A DNA stretch of 64,000 nt from Oikopleura dioica (taxonomy: Eukaryota > Animalia > Chordata). Made by a program: the position numbers and the translations under genes. The notes beneath the pieces were generated by a model, which worked only from the letters and a program-made list of their open reading frames with translations, did not search any database and was not told where the DNA came from. Shown piece by piece: positions 25,120 to 37,000 of this stretch. Where the stretch lies: positions 14,469,023-14,533,022 of the forward strand of contig OU015566.1 of assembly GCA_907165135.1 (NCBI GenBank), given 5' to 3'. Numbering within the stretch: the stretch's first letter is position 1; each line of letters begins with the position of its first letter.

Positions 25120-28100
25120 ATGAAACGAAAAGAGAGTGATGAATCCCCTTCGTCTGGCCGATCTGGACGAAAAGAGAGTGATGAATCCCCTTCGTCTGGC
25201 CGATCTGGAAGAATCAAGCAGCCAGTGAGCGCAGCATCTGTCAAAACTTCTCAAAAAGATTGTAAGTGGAAATGTTTGGTGTAATTTTAAACAACTGAAA
25301 CTAGCACAAGGATCGAAAAATGAGCCCGCTCGAACGAGATCTTCACAAATTCATGTTCATCTAACCCCAGAAAAATCACAGGCGACCACGCAAGAGAGCT
25401 TGGAAGATTCTCAAAGACTATCTCAACTGAGCCGTTACGAGATGATGGAACGAGCTGCTGAGTTTTCGCAGCCTTCGCCCTACTTCAAATCGCCGGAGAA
25501 GACTTCTAACAACTCGAAGCTGGCCTCAGATCTTGATCCCGACCAACCAAGTAAGCGATCAAATAAATATTGAAAATAAACTCGAATTATAGCGCCGATA
25601 AGCGACGATCCCCTGGAAGGAATTGAAAAATTGACCCAAGCTGCTCTTGCGTCTTCTCAATCGTCTGAGAATACTCTGCGATCCGAAGAAGGGATCGCTG
25701 GAATTTCCGTATCATTCAGTGGTGAACTATTCAATGATGAAGTGCCTTCGGATCCAGAGATCTCCCTCTCCGTCAGCGGAGAACTTTTCGATGATGAGCT
25801 GCAGCCAATGGATACTACGCAGATTTCCCAGCAAGAAGAAGACGAAGGGAACTCTTCTCAAGGATCCTCCGTCTACGAAACGCCTGAAAAGAGTCTACCA
25901 AAAACGCCCAGTAAGACTGATCAATCAGCACCCGCTTCACCTCCACAGCCCCCGAGAAAGCTTCGTCGAAGCCTCTTCAATGAAAATCAGGAAGAACCGA
26001 TGGATACCCCGGAGATAATCATGGCGTCCTCGGGAGATACGACAGGGAGATCGAAAAAGGTCGAAATGAAAGATTCCTGGTCACAGGTTTCTGGAGAGAC
26101 GCTACGAGAGACTGAAGGGAGAAAAAGAAGGACTCACGATGTGCAGAACTTATGCGCCGAAGAGTCTCAAGGAGAGAGGAACCAGACTCAGCGAGTGGGC
26201 GATCTTCTAAACCACTCAGCGCTTGTTCTCGACTCACAACAGTCAGCACAAACAACTCAAGCTCAACATGAGTCAACATCGGCAACTCAAATCCAACCTC
26301 GACAAAAGTCACAAGGGACTAACAAAATATATTTCCCGCCTCCCACTTCTTCAACCTTGAAGCAAGCCTCAGCGACACAGAAGACTTTCGACGAGGATTT
26401 AGATGACGATTACTTTGCGAAGCTCAAATCGCCGACGAGGAATGCTGATATAAAGAAAATTAACAAGCAAGCAGATCAGGCTAAACAGCAAAAAAGGGTT
26501 AATAGAAGAATGCCGCGATCGAGAGCAAAACCAACTCGTGACGAGGTGAAAAAATCGGTGGCTGAAGCCTGTCGCAAAGCACAAGCTGGCGGAATTAGTC
26601 GACGTCTGGAACTCGCGAGGGCTTTTATTTCAAGAAGAAACCGAGCACGAGATTCGAGCGATCCCTTGAATCGAGAACTCGAAAATGCGACTTCTTGGGA
26701 GCCAAAAGTACCGAATGCGAATTTTTCTCAAAAAAGAGTTAACAGAAAAATGCCGAGATCGACAGCAAAACCAACGCGTGATGAGGTCAAAGAATCGGTG
26801 GCTAAAGCCTGTCGAAAATTACAAGCTGGCAGTATAAAACAACGTCTGGAATTCGCTAGAGCATTTATTTTGAGAAGAAAGCGAGATCCGAACGATCCCT
26901 TGGAACGAGAACTTGAAAAAGCGACTTCTTGGGAGCCAAAAGTACCGAAGGTGAATTTTTCGAAGCCCGTTCCAGGATCATCAAGCCGTTTCAAAAAGCG
27001 TCTTCCAGTAGCGGAAAAGCTTGCTAAAGAAAAACCGACCCCTTCGAAATCTAAAGCTTCAAAATCCCTAACCAAAGAATTGAGTGCGAAACCGAAGGGA
27101 AAGAGGAATGACGAAGCGGAGAATCAACCAACGTGCAGCAAGAATTTAACACCTCCAGCGATGCCACAAGATGTTGATCTTTCTAGCTTCTTGGACTCGA
27201 GCGAGGATGAGGAAGTTCGTCGAGAAGTTTCGCGAGAAGAATGTGATGAAAAAACAATCATCATCAAAGATGCAAAGAACATTCAGGGCCGCATTGGGTT
27301 CAGGCTTAACGAATCGAGCGAAGCAGGAATCTACATCAACGGGATTATCCCGGGGTCGGCAGCAGATAAAGCTGGGCTTCGTGTTGGAGATACTCTAATT
27401 TGCTTCAACGGTGTGAAATGCTCCGTCAAGAGCAAAATCAAGCTGTCTATGCTGCGAATAGTCATTGCCGAAACGGCAACGGAAGACTTCGAATTCAAAG
27501 TTATTCGCGATGTGTCCGACCAGTATTCGCAGGAAGAAAACGTTGACACATCGGAAGTTTCAGACATTCCAGATGCAGAGCCTGCAAAAGAAAAACCGGG
27601 ACCATCGAAATCTAAATCTTCGGAATCGCAAAGTCAGGAACGCTCGCAGCCACGAGAAGAGCAGGAGTCAGCTCATAACTGGTCGCAGCAAGTTCTGTTC
27701 GATGAATCTCCGGAGGATCGACAAGCTCTATCGCCTGAATATGATCAGTCCCCACCCGCGCCAATTGACAGAGAGGACGTTCGCGAATCTATGTTTCCCA
27801 CCTCAAAGAAGAGAAAGCTTCAGACTCCTGAAAAGGACGCGCAGGGCGAAGCAAGCGCTAAAGTTCAAGCAGCGAAAAGGAGCAAGCACGAGAAGGAAAA
27901 TATAACGCCTAAGAAAAGCGCTTCAAAGCCGACGACTCTTACGCCAGCTGTGGATAACACCAATGTTCGTCGTCCAGGAAGAGATGCCCTGAGCGAGATT
28001 TCGGACTTGTCTTCTGCATTTGATAATGACAGTCCAATTAGAGGCGTCGGAAAGATGAAGCAAAGTCAAAAGAAAGCTACCAAAGAAAAGAGTGCGAAAC

Positions 28101-28805
28101 TGAGGCATGACGAACCAACGTGCAGCAAGAATTTAACACCTCCAGCGATGCCACCAGATGCTGATCTTTCTAGCTTCTTGGACTCGAGCGAGGATGAGGA
28201 AGTTCCTCGACCGCAAAGTCGTCCTCGGAGAAGTAATAGATCGCCAACAGCTAGCATGCCGAAGCTCACCAAATCACGATCACCAGAGAAGTCACCATCG
28301 CCATCTAAATCAAAAAAGAAGCCGATTTCGATGAAGAAAAATGCTGTAAAAACCAGACGACGGAATCCGAGGCCAGAATCTATTGCTTCGAATCAACGAG
28401 AAGAGGTAACGATTTGTAATCATGAAAAAGTACTCTAACTTCACTTTAGTCTGACGAGTCAAGCCGACCAGCTACGCGGGCAGCGTCAAGCCGAAAAGCT
28501 TCGCGGGCAGCATCAAGCCAAATTACAAAAATTTGTGCGAATAAAGAATTTGCCCCAGTCGTGCAGGACTCAAAAAGAAAGAATTGGACAGATGTAAGCT
28601 CTTTATAAATGATTTATATCTTTAATTGTTATAAATTTAGGACGAGGACGCCAAGCTGATTGAGGGCCTCAATCAATACGGAAAAGACTGGAAAACGATC
28701 GAGAAAAAGTTTTTCCGTAGATCGAAGAGGACCAACGTCCAACTCAAAGACAGACACCGTGTGCTTCTCGATAAAGGCGACCCACGGGTGAAGGAAAAAT
28801 ACTAA
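25120..28805 (+). CDS. Telobox (TRF-type Myb) + PDZ protein, ~1,170 aa, apparently intact
   Basis: ATG at 25120 after a TTTTTTGTTCAG acceptor. Four GT-AG introns (~25262, ~25553, 28406-28449, 28594-28640) each preserve frame. PDZ: RIGFRL..GIYINGIIPGSAADKAGLRVGD. C-terminus: KRKNWTD|DEDAKLIEGLNQYGKDWKTIEKKFFRRSKRTNVQLKDRHRVL. Confidence 0.85.
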
Positions 28806-29049
28806 ACCCCTTTCCTTCTTCTTCACTGTATATAATTCACCTTTTGACTTATCACCTCACTTTTAAACTCTTTATTCACTGCCTTTGTCGCCTTACTATG
28901 ATTATAAATTAACGTTTTTTCGATTTTAGGTTGAATCAGATTGAGAGCGCACTCGAGCTGCCAAAAATTACATCAAGGATGAAAGAAGATATTCTTGAAT
29001 TGGAAGAATCGAATCCAAAATGGCGAGCACGATCACAACTCCTATAACG

Positions 29050-29170
29050 GCGAAAATGGCGAAAACTACGAAAACAAGACGAAGCAGAACAAAAGCGTCA
29101 AAATGGTCAAGGGGCGCAATACTGTCGACTTCAAGCCGAGCTACAGGCCGCCAGATCTCCGATTGGTCCT
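29050..29170 (+). pseudogene. N-terminal fragment of an AlkB-like 2OG-Fe(II) dioxygenase family
   Basis: GRNTVDFKPSYRPPDLRLVL resembles the remembered NTESF.P...P.D.R motif that precedes the domain seen at 50290-50585. Confidence 0.35.
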
Positions 29171-30432
29171 AGAATCCGTTCCTGAAACCACTCTCAGTGC
29201 CAAACACAGAGCCATCATAGAAAAGTCCCTTGACGAACCAGTCACAACGACACCTCCTAAGTCAAAAACAAAGTCAGCTGGTCCTAAATCGCCGAAGAAA
29301 AGCGGCGCTATCTGCGGAAAAGCCGAGAGCTCGTCTTGCTTCCTCCTCCGATTACCTACCTACATTATGTATTTCCTTCTCTTCACAAGTCTAAGCTCAC
29401 AGTTTGAGTGTACTCGGCCTATTTATAATCAACACTTCAAGGTAAGGTCGCTGATTTCTCAGTGAAAAACAATCTTTTGCAGCATTATTACGACGTCTAC
29501 GTCATTCCAAAATACAACGAATACGTCGACCCACATGTACAAGAATTCGTCATCCCTGCGTATAAACAATACGGAGAGCCACAAATTGCTCAGCTCCAGA
29601 AGCTCTACGCTGCGCACGGCCAACCTCAACTTGAAAAGCTAATAAAGCTCTACGATGCTCATTTGAAAGACCACGTCGATAAAACGATCACGAGTCTGAA
29701 TGAGCAAGTCCAAACTCATGTCGTGCCAACTGTCCAAAATGTTCAAAAGGAACTCGAGCCATTTTTCAACAACGCTGTCAAAAATGGAACAGTCTTGGTC
29801 AAGCAACTTCGAGAACAAGTAAAATCAGCAGAAAAGGCTATTTTTAACCTTTACTAGGCTAATGTTCTCGCTGAAAACTGGGGTGTAGTTTGCGAACAAG
29901 GAATCGCTGACATGCGAGTTCAAATCGACAAGTACAGTGCTCTTGCTCGTGATGAGACGCTCAAGGGACTCGCTAAAGTTCAACGCGCTAGTAAAGAATA
30001 CGCTAATGCCGCTCTCGTCAATACCGGTCAGTTCTCTTCTTATACTCTTTTCTTATTGAAATCATAGAGGAGTATCGACAACAAGCATCCGTCAAGTTTG
30101 CTGAAGTCCAATCTATTGTATATGAAAGAGTTGAAACAACTATTGCTATCATCCAAAAACAGCTTCCAATCATTCACGAGTTCCTGCTCGAGTACAACAT
30201 CGACAAGATCTTCTCTAACATCTTCGAGGGTATCGGTCGATCAATTGTCTGGACAGGAGATCTCATTGGAAAAGTCGCTGCTGGCAGATTCTGCTGCGCC
30301 CAGGTTTACCAGCTGATTTTCTCCCTCGTTTTAAGCTATTTCTAGAGCCAAATCGCCCGACTTGGAAACGACATCTACGAGTTCGGGCTTCTTGCATACA
30401 AGCAAGTTCAAAATCTTATCCAAAATTAGTTA
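29170..30432 (+). CDS. Hypothetical protein: hydrophobic segment plus apolipoprotein-like amphipathic repeats; 5' end unclear
   Basis: Consecutive exons, e.g. YYDVYVIPKYNEYVDPHVQEFVIPAYKQYGEPQIAQLQKLY; short GT-AG introns. Confidence 0.45.
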
Positions 30433-30660
30433 GATTTTTTCTGAATTTATTTAAAATTGAAAACTGCTGTCCATTTACCATTTAGTGCAATACCTACTGT
30501 GAATTCAACTTGATTCTATTACTACTAGCTAAAGCAAAACCTTACTGTCGCAAGTTCATTTCTGTAGTTCAATTAAACAAAAAAAGCGACCGCTTGAAAA
30601 TCCCGCTAAATTTCTATGTGTTCAAGTGTATGAAAACATCCATTCAGCGAAGTCAAAAAA

Positions 30661-32334
30661 ATGTCGGACCATGAATCTGATAAGGAGGAACTGCCAGGAC
30701 TTGGAAAAAGAGATCTTGTAGAAAGGTGTGTTAGGCAGTAAATAAAGTATTCATATAGGCACTTTCTAGCGCTGAGCCTCCAGTGAAAAAGCGTCGAAAG
30801 AAGAAGAAGCGAGGGCGGGTCCTTACAGTGGACGATATGCCGCGAAAAGTTCGGGAGGAATTCCGAACCGATCAAAAAGCTGAAAAATTCTTGCGCCTTC
30901 TGGGTGGCCTCAAGCCCGAAAACGTACACGCAAATCTTACCTGGATGCGACGATGCAAAACTGGTAAATTTGCGGAGATGATGGAGTCTGAGCTTTGGGA
31001 TCATTTCCTTTCCTGCTTTCATCGAAATTACATGTTTGGCAGAAAAGGTGGTTTCGGATTTGAGAAAAACTGCCATCGAAGGACCAGCTTGCCTGGCTCG
31101 AAATGAAGCAGTGGGAACAAGACTCCGATGACGAAGAGTTGCTCGAACTCCCTAGCGGCTGGATGGAGCGCGACGAAGAGCCTGAGGAGTACATGAAGGT
31201 CACCAATGGACGAGTCGAGTTTAGCGGCAAAACGTATATCAAAGTGTCAGTGATGTACGGAGGCGGTTCTCAGCTGGACCCGAGAGACGCGATTTGCGAT
31301 CCAACGCCCATGTCCGAAATTGAAGCCCAAATCGCCGCAGAAGAAGCTGAAGATACTGACGATGATCTTAAAAATCCAGATCAGCCAAAAGTAAGGCTTT
31401 CTTTGATTCCATTCTCAAGCATTTAAAGCCTATGCCAATGACCGCCGAAGAACAAGAAGCGGCTCGTCTCGCAAAACAGGCGAAACTCGAAGAAGAAATC
31501 CGCGAAAAAGAAGAAGAAATTACCACTGCCAAGCTCGCCGCGGAAACGATGTATCGAGGAATGGGTGTCGAGCCTGGCGAGGAAAATTCACGATCCCGAC
31601 GACGTCAGGAAATCCACTGGGACTACGATCACAAGGTAAAATCAAGATTTAAAATTACTCTAATCTCTGTACTCAGGCGGAACCGGATCTGAAAGTGGGA
31701 TCTGGCGGCGTTAATAAATTCATATCGGACTCGTATGGATATGGAGGTTACCGTGAATCTGAAATGGCACGTGATCAGTGGAAAGATCTATCTTACGATC
31801 AGACGCATGGGCAGGGGGCCAGCAAATACAGAAAATCAGCCTACGATAATTGGGATCAAGACTTCGAGCAAAAATACGTAAGAAATCACAATCCCTCTTC
31901 GTTTTATTCAGAAATGATTCTAGAAATGGGAGGATTTCGCAACCAAATGGGCGATCAAACGAAAAGAAATGAAATTCTACAACAGGTTTATTTTTCTTTT
32001 CCAAAAATCTTACTCAAGATCATTCAGACAACACCACAAATACGAGGACATCACAGACACCCGAAAACAGTTCCTCGAAAAAGAGGATAAGAGATTCAAC
32101 GAAAAACGAGTCCAAGCTGACGTTTCTTACTGGGCACAAGCAGCTGCTCAGGCCTCAATGGCCGTCCTCGCAGGAAGCAAAGATGGCAAAATCGATCTCC
32201 AGAATGCACCGTGGATGAAACAGCCTGCCCCTGCCCCCTCCAATGAGGATCCAAGAAAAAGATGTCGTATTAACTTTTCCCACAAGAAATTGTCTGTATT
32301 CCCTGTTCACAAATCCACTACCTTCAAAATTTAA
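30661..32334 (+). CDS. Hypothetical acidic/basic multi-exon protein
   Basis: ATG at 30661; ORF pieces 30783-31106, 31103-31426, 31432-31692, 31695- and 32030-32334 joined by short introns; no family recognised. Confidence 0.5.
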
Positions 32335-32371
32335 CGGTCTATTGAAAATATCCAAACTTGATTATCAAAGA

Positions 32372-33210
32372 ATGACAACAGAAGTCGAAAATGGTCAGGA
32401 AGCAACGCCTGAGAAGACAGATTCTTCAGTTACCGCGCTGCCAATAGAAAAGAAAGAGGAAGGACCCGACGAAGGTAAAATTGCACTTTTTTGAGTTCCG
32501 TCTAATTGCTTTCAGAGGAGTCAGAAGCAGAAGAAATCGACTCAGACGATGATTTGGACGACGATGTAAATATAATGATCGGAGATATCGACGGCGAAGC
32601 TGTTATAAACATAAACCCAGTACGTTCTCTTCCTTGATTTCCGACACTATACTGATTTTTCCAGAAAGATGCAAACAGCGAAGACAAAAAGACAAGACGC
32701 CTCAGCAAGCAGAAGTGCTCATTACTTCTTCAAGCGGAAAATTGATCCCAAATCCTGAAAAAGATGCACTCACGGATAAGCCGTGGCAGAAGCCTGGCGC
32801 TGACTTATCAGATTATTTTAATTACGGGTATATAAAATATATACTCTCAATCCATTCATAATTTATTCATTCAGATTTGAAGAAACCTCATGGAGAAAGT
32901 ACTCGGAGAAGCAGAGAACGCTCAGAGATCGAGCTTTGCTCCTACTGCGGACAAGGACGAACATCGCTCAATTTGCGCCACCTGGAATGCCATTCCTTCC
33001 AATGGGACCATCGCCTATCAAATCTGAAAACTTCAACAGATCTAACCCGCCTCCAGTTATCAGCTCCAACGGCAGTGTACCAGTAAGTGCCAGCATGGGC
33101 GACCGCAGAGGACCACCAGGTAGGCAGTACACCAGGAAGCAAGCAAATTAACGTCATAATTCTAGATATCAAATAAGACAATGACAGTGGCCCACCGCCG
33201 CACCTCATGC
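32372..33210 (+). CDS. FIP1L1: FIP1-like pre-mRNA 3'-processing factor (3' end uncertain or truncated)
   Basis: [17 protein letters not shown] and Fip1 motif [18 protein letters not shown]|[14 protein letters not shown]. Confidence 0.85.
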
Positions 33211-33833
33211 CTAGGCTTACCGCGGTGTTTTTCGATTTTCAAGGTTCCTTTGAAAAATCTCCCCATACTTTCAGAACCTATGCATCAAGACAAGCCTTGA
33301 AAAACTGCACTTGCAGAATTTTCGATATGAGTCATCTTACCTCTTTTTTTGGGGGATTTTTAGCAAGAAAAAAAGCACTAGTTTGATTAGAAGCGGCTTT
33401 TGAGTGCGTGCTAGATCGATTTTGATTATTTGATGCCTACCATGTGAAAGATAAGCGCAAGACGCATCGATACATATGAAATTGCGGAGTGCTTCCTTCA
33501 TATGATTCTAGAGCTTCAAAGTTGACGCAAGCAGCCAGATACGAAAATCCAATATTATCAACTTCTGATATAAGCATGCTATGATGATGTTTTATAGCTC
33601 AAATTGAAGCTTATGAATTACTGAACAAAATGAAATGGTATTTTTTGACCAGCCGGTTGTGCTTCCGGTTCGTCGCGGTTCATGCCCGGAAATAGGTCAA
33701 ATTGTAGAAATATGTATATCAAATGAATTCATTTTCAACAGTAAATCTTTTAAACATATTCAGAAGTTCAACCAACCGGTTATTCTTGCGGTTCATGGTG
33801 GTTCATGGTGGTTCAAGCGCAGAAATGAACAAA

Positions 33834-34019
33834 CCGTTTACACAATCCAGTCTGCGACGGGGCCAAGCCGATCCAAAGGGGAGGCAAGGCCCGTTTACAC
33901 AATCCAGTCTGCGACGGGGCCAAGCCGATCCAAAGGGGAGGCAAGGCCCGTTTACACAATCCAGTCTGCGACGGGGCAAAGCCAACCCGAAGGGGAGGCC
34001 AGGCCCGTTTACACAATTC
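33834..34019. repeat. 57-bp tandem repeat, ~3.3 copies
   Basis: Unit CCGTTTACACAATCCAGTCTGCGACGGGGCCAAGCCGATCCAAAGGGGAGGCAAGGC; the third copy is diverged. Confidence 0.9.
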
Positions 34020-34038
34020 TGTAAACGCCCGGCTTGGC

Positions 34039-37000
34039 CCCGGTTTCTGCCGGTTTGTCATTAGGGTTACGAATTTGGATAAGGTTCAAGATAGTTTGAG
34101 AGTGTTTTAGGCCGGTTTCTGCCGGTTTGTCATTAGGGTTACGAATTTGGATAAGGTTCAAGATAGTTTGAGAGTGTTTTAGGCCGGTTTCTGCCGGTTT
34201 GTCATTAGGGTTACGAATTTGGATAAGGTTCAAGATAGTTTGAGAGTGTTTTAGGCCGGTTTCTGCCGGTTTGTCATTAGGGTTACGAATTTGGATAAGG
34301 TTCAAGATAGTTTGAGAGTGTTTTAGGCCGGTTTCTGCCGGTTTGTCATTAGGGTTACGAATTTGGATAAGGTTCAAGATAGTTTGAGAGTGTTTTAGGC
34401 CGGTTTCTGCCGGTTTGTCATTAGGGTTACGAATTTGGATAAGGTTCAAGATAGTTTGAGAGTGTTTTAGGCCGGTTTCTGCCGGTTTGTCATTAGGGTT
34501 ACGAATTTGGATAAGGTTCAAGATAGTTTGAGAGTGTTTTAGGCCGGTTTCTGCCGGTTTGTCATTAGGGTTACGAATTTGGATAAGGTTCAAGATAGTT
34601 TGAGAGTGTTTTAGGCCGGTTTCTGCCGGTTTGTCATTAGGGTTACGAATTTGGATAAGGTTCAAGATAGTTTGAGAGTGTTTTAGGCCGGTTTCTGCCG
34701 GTTTGTCATTAGGGTTACGAATTTGGATAAGGTTCAAGATAGTTTGAGAGTGTTTTAGGCCGGTTTCTGCCGGTTTGTCATTAGGGTTACGAATTTGGAT
34801 AAGGTTCAAGATAGTTTGAGAGTGTTTTAGGCCGGTTTCTGCCGGTTTGTCATTAGGGTTACGAATTTGGATAAGGTTCAAGATAGTTTGAGAGTGTTTT
34901 AGGCCGGTTTCTGCCGGTTTGTCATTAGGGTTACGAATTTGGATAAGGTTCAAGATAGTTTGAGAGTGTTTTAGGCCGGTTTCTGCCGGTTTGTCATTAG
35001 GGTTACGAATTTGGATAAGGTTCAAGATAGTTTGAGAGTGTTTTAGGCCGGTTTCTGCCGGTTTGTCATTAGGGTTACGAATTTGGATAAGGTTCAAGAT
35101 AGTTTGAGAGTGTTTTAGGCCGGTTTCTGCCGGTTTGTCATTAGGGTTACGAATTTGGATAAGGTTCAAGATAGTTTGAGAGTGTTTTAGGCCGGTTTCT
35201 GCCGGTTTGTCATTAGGGTTACGAATTTGGATAAGGTTCAAGATAGTTTGAGAGTGTTTTAGGCCGGTTTCTGCCGGTTTGTCATTAGGGTTACGAATTT
35301 GGATAAGGTTCAAGATAGTTTGAGAGTGTTTTAGGCCGGTTTCTGCCGGTTTGTCATTAGGGTTACGAATTTGGATAAGGTTCAAGATAGTTTGAGAGTG
35401 TTTTAGGCCGGTTTCTGCCGGTTTGTCATTAGGGTTACGAATTTGGATAAGGTTCAAGATAGTTTGAGAGTGTTTTAGGCCGGTTTCTGCCGGTTTGTCA
35501 TTAGGGTTACGAATTTGGATAAGGTTCAAGATAGTTTGAGAGTGTTTTAGGCCGGTTTCTGCCGGTTTGTCATTAGGGTTACGAATTTGGATAAGGTTCA
35601 AGATAGTTTGAGAGTGTTTTAGGCCGGTTTCTGCCGGTTTGTCATTAGGGTTACGAATTTGGATAAGGTTCAAGATAGTTTGAGAGTGTTTTAGGCCGGT
35701 TTCTGCCGGTTTGTCATTAGGGTTACGAATTTGGATAAGGTTCAAGATAGTTTGAGAGTGTTTTAGGCCGGTTTCTGCCGGTTTGTCATTAGGGTTACGA
35801 ATTTGGATAAGGTTCAAGATAGTTTGAGAGTGTTTTAGGCCGGTTTCTGCCGGTTTGTCATTAGGGTTACGAATTTGGATAAGGTTCAAGATAGTTTGAG
35901 AGTGTTTTAGGCCGGTTTCTGCCGGTTTGTCATTAGGGTTACGAATTTGGATAAGGTTCAAGATAGTTTGAGAGTGTTTTAGGCCGGTTTCTGCCGGTTT
36001 GTCATTAGGGTTACGAATTTGGATAAGGTTCAAGATAGTTTGAGAGTGTTTTAGGCCGGTTTCTGCCGGTTTGTCATTAGGGTTACGAATTTGGATAAGG
36101 TTCAAGATAGTTTGAGAGTGTTTTAGGCCGGTTTCTGCCGGTTTGTCATTAGGGTTACGAATTTGGATAAGGTTCAAGATAGTTTGAGAGTGTTTTAGGC
36201 CGGTTTCTGCCGGTTTGTCATTAGGGTTACGAATTTGGATAAGGTTCAAGATAGTTTGAGAGTGTTTTAGGCCGGTTTCTGCCGGTTTGTCATTAGGGTT
36301 ACGAATTTGGATAAGGTTCAAGATAGTTTGAGAGTGTTTTAGGCCGGTTTCTGCCGGTTTGTCATTAGGGTTACGAATTTGGATAAGGTTCAAGATAGTT
36401 TGAGAGTGTTTTAGGCCGGTTTCTGCCGGTTTGTCATTAGGGTTACGAATTTGGATAAGGTTCAAGATAGTTTGAGAGTGTTTTAGGCCGGTTTCTGCCG
36501 GTTTGTCATTAGGGTTACGAATTTGGATAAGGTTCAAGATAGTTTGAGAGTGTTTTAGGCCGGTTTCTGCCGGTTTGTCATTAGGGTTACGAATTTGGAT
36601 AAGGTTCAAGATAGTTTGAGAGTGTTTTAGGCCGGTTTCTGCCGGTTTGTCATTAGGGTTACGAATTTGGATAAGGTTCAAGATAGTTTGAGAGTGTTTT
36701 AGGCCGGTTTCTGCCGGTTTGTCATTAGGGTTACGAATTTGGATAAGGTTCAAGATAGTTTGAGAGTGTTTTAGGCCGGTTTCTGCCGGTTTGTCATTAG
36801 GGTTACGAATTTGGATAAGGTTCAAGATAGTTTGAGAGTGTTTTAGGCCGGTTTCTGCCGGTTTGTCATTAGGGTTACGAATTTGGATAAGGTTCAAGAT
36901 AGTTTGAGAGTGTTTTAGGCCGGTTTCTGCCGGTTTGTCATTAGGGTTACGAATTTGGATAAGGTTCAAGATAGTTTGAGAGTGTTTTAGGCCGGTTTCT

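Noticed and set aside
33635-34064. ORFs with a 19-aa repeat (PVYTIQSATGPSRSKGEAR)
   Set aside because: Several frames and both strands are open simply because of the GC-rich 57-bp repeat.
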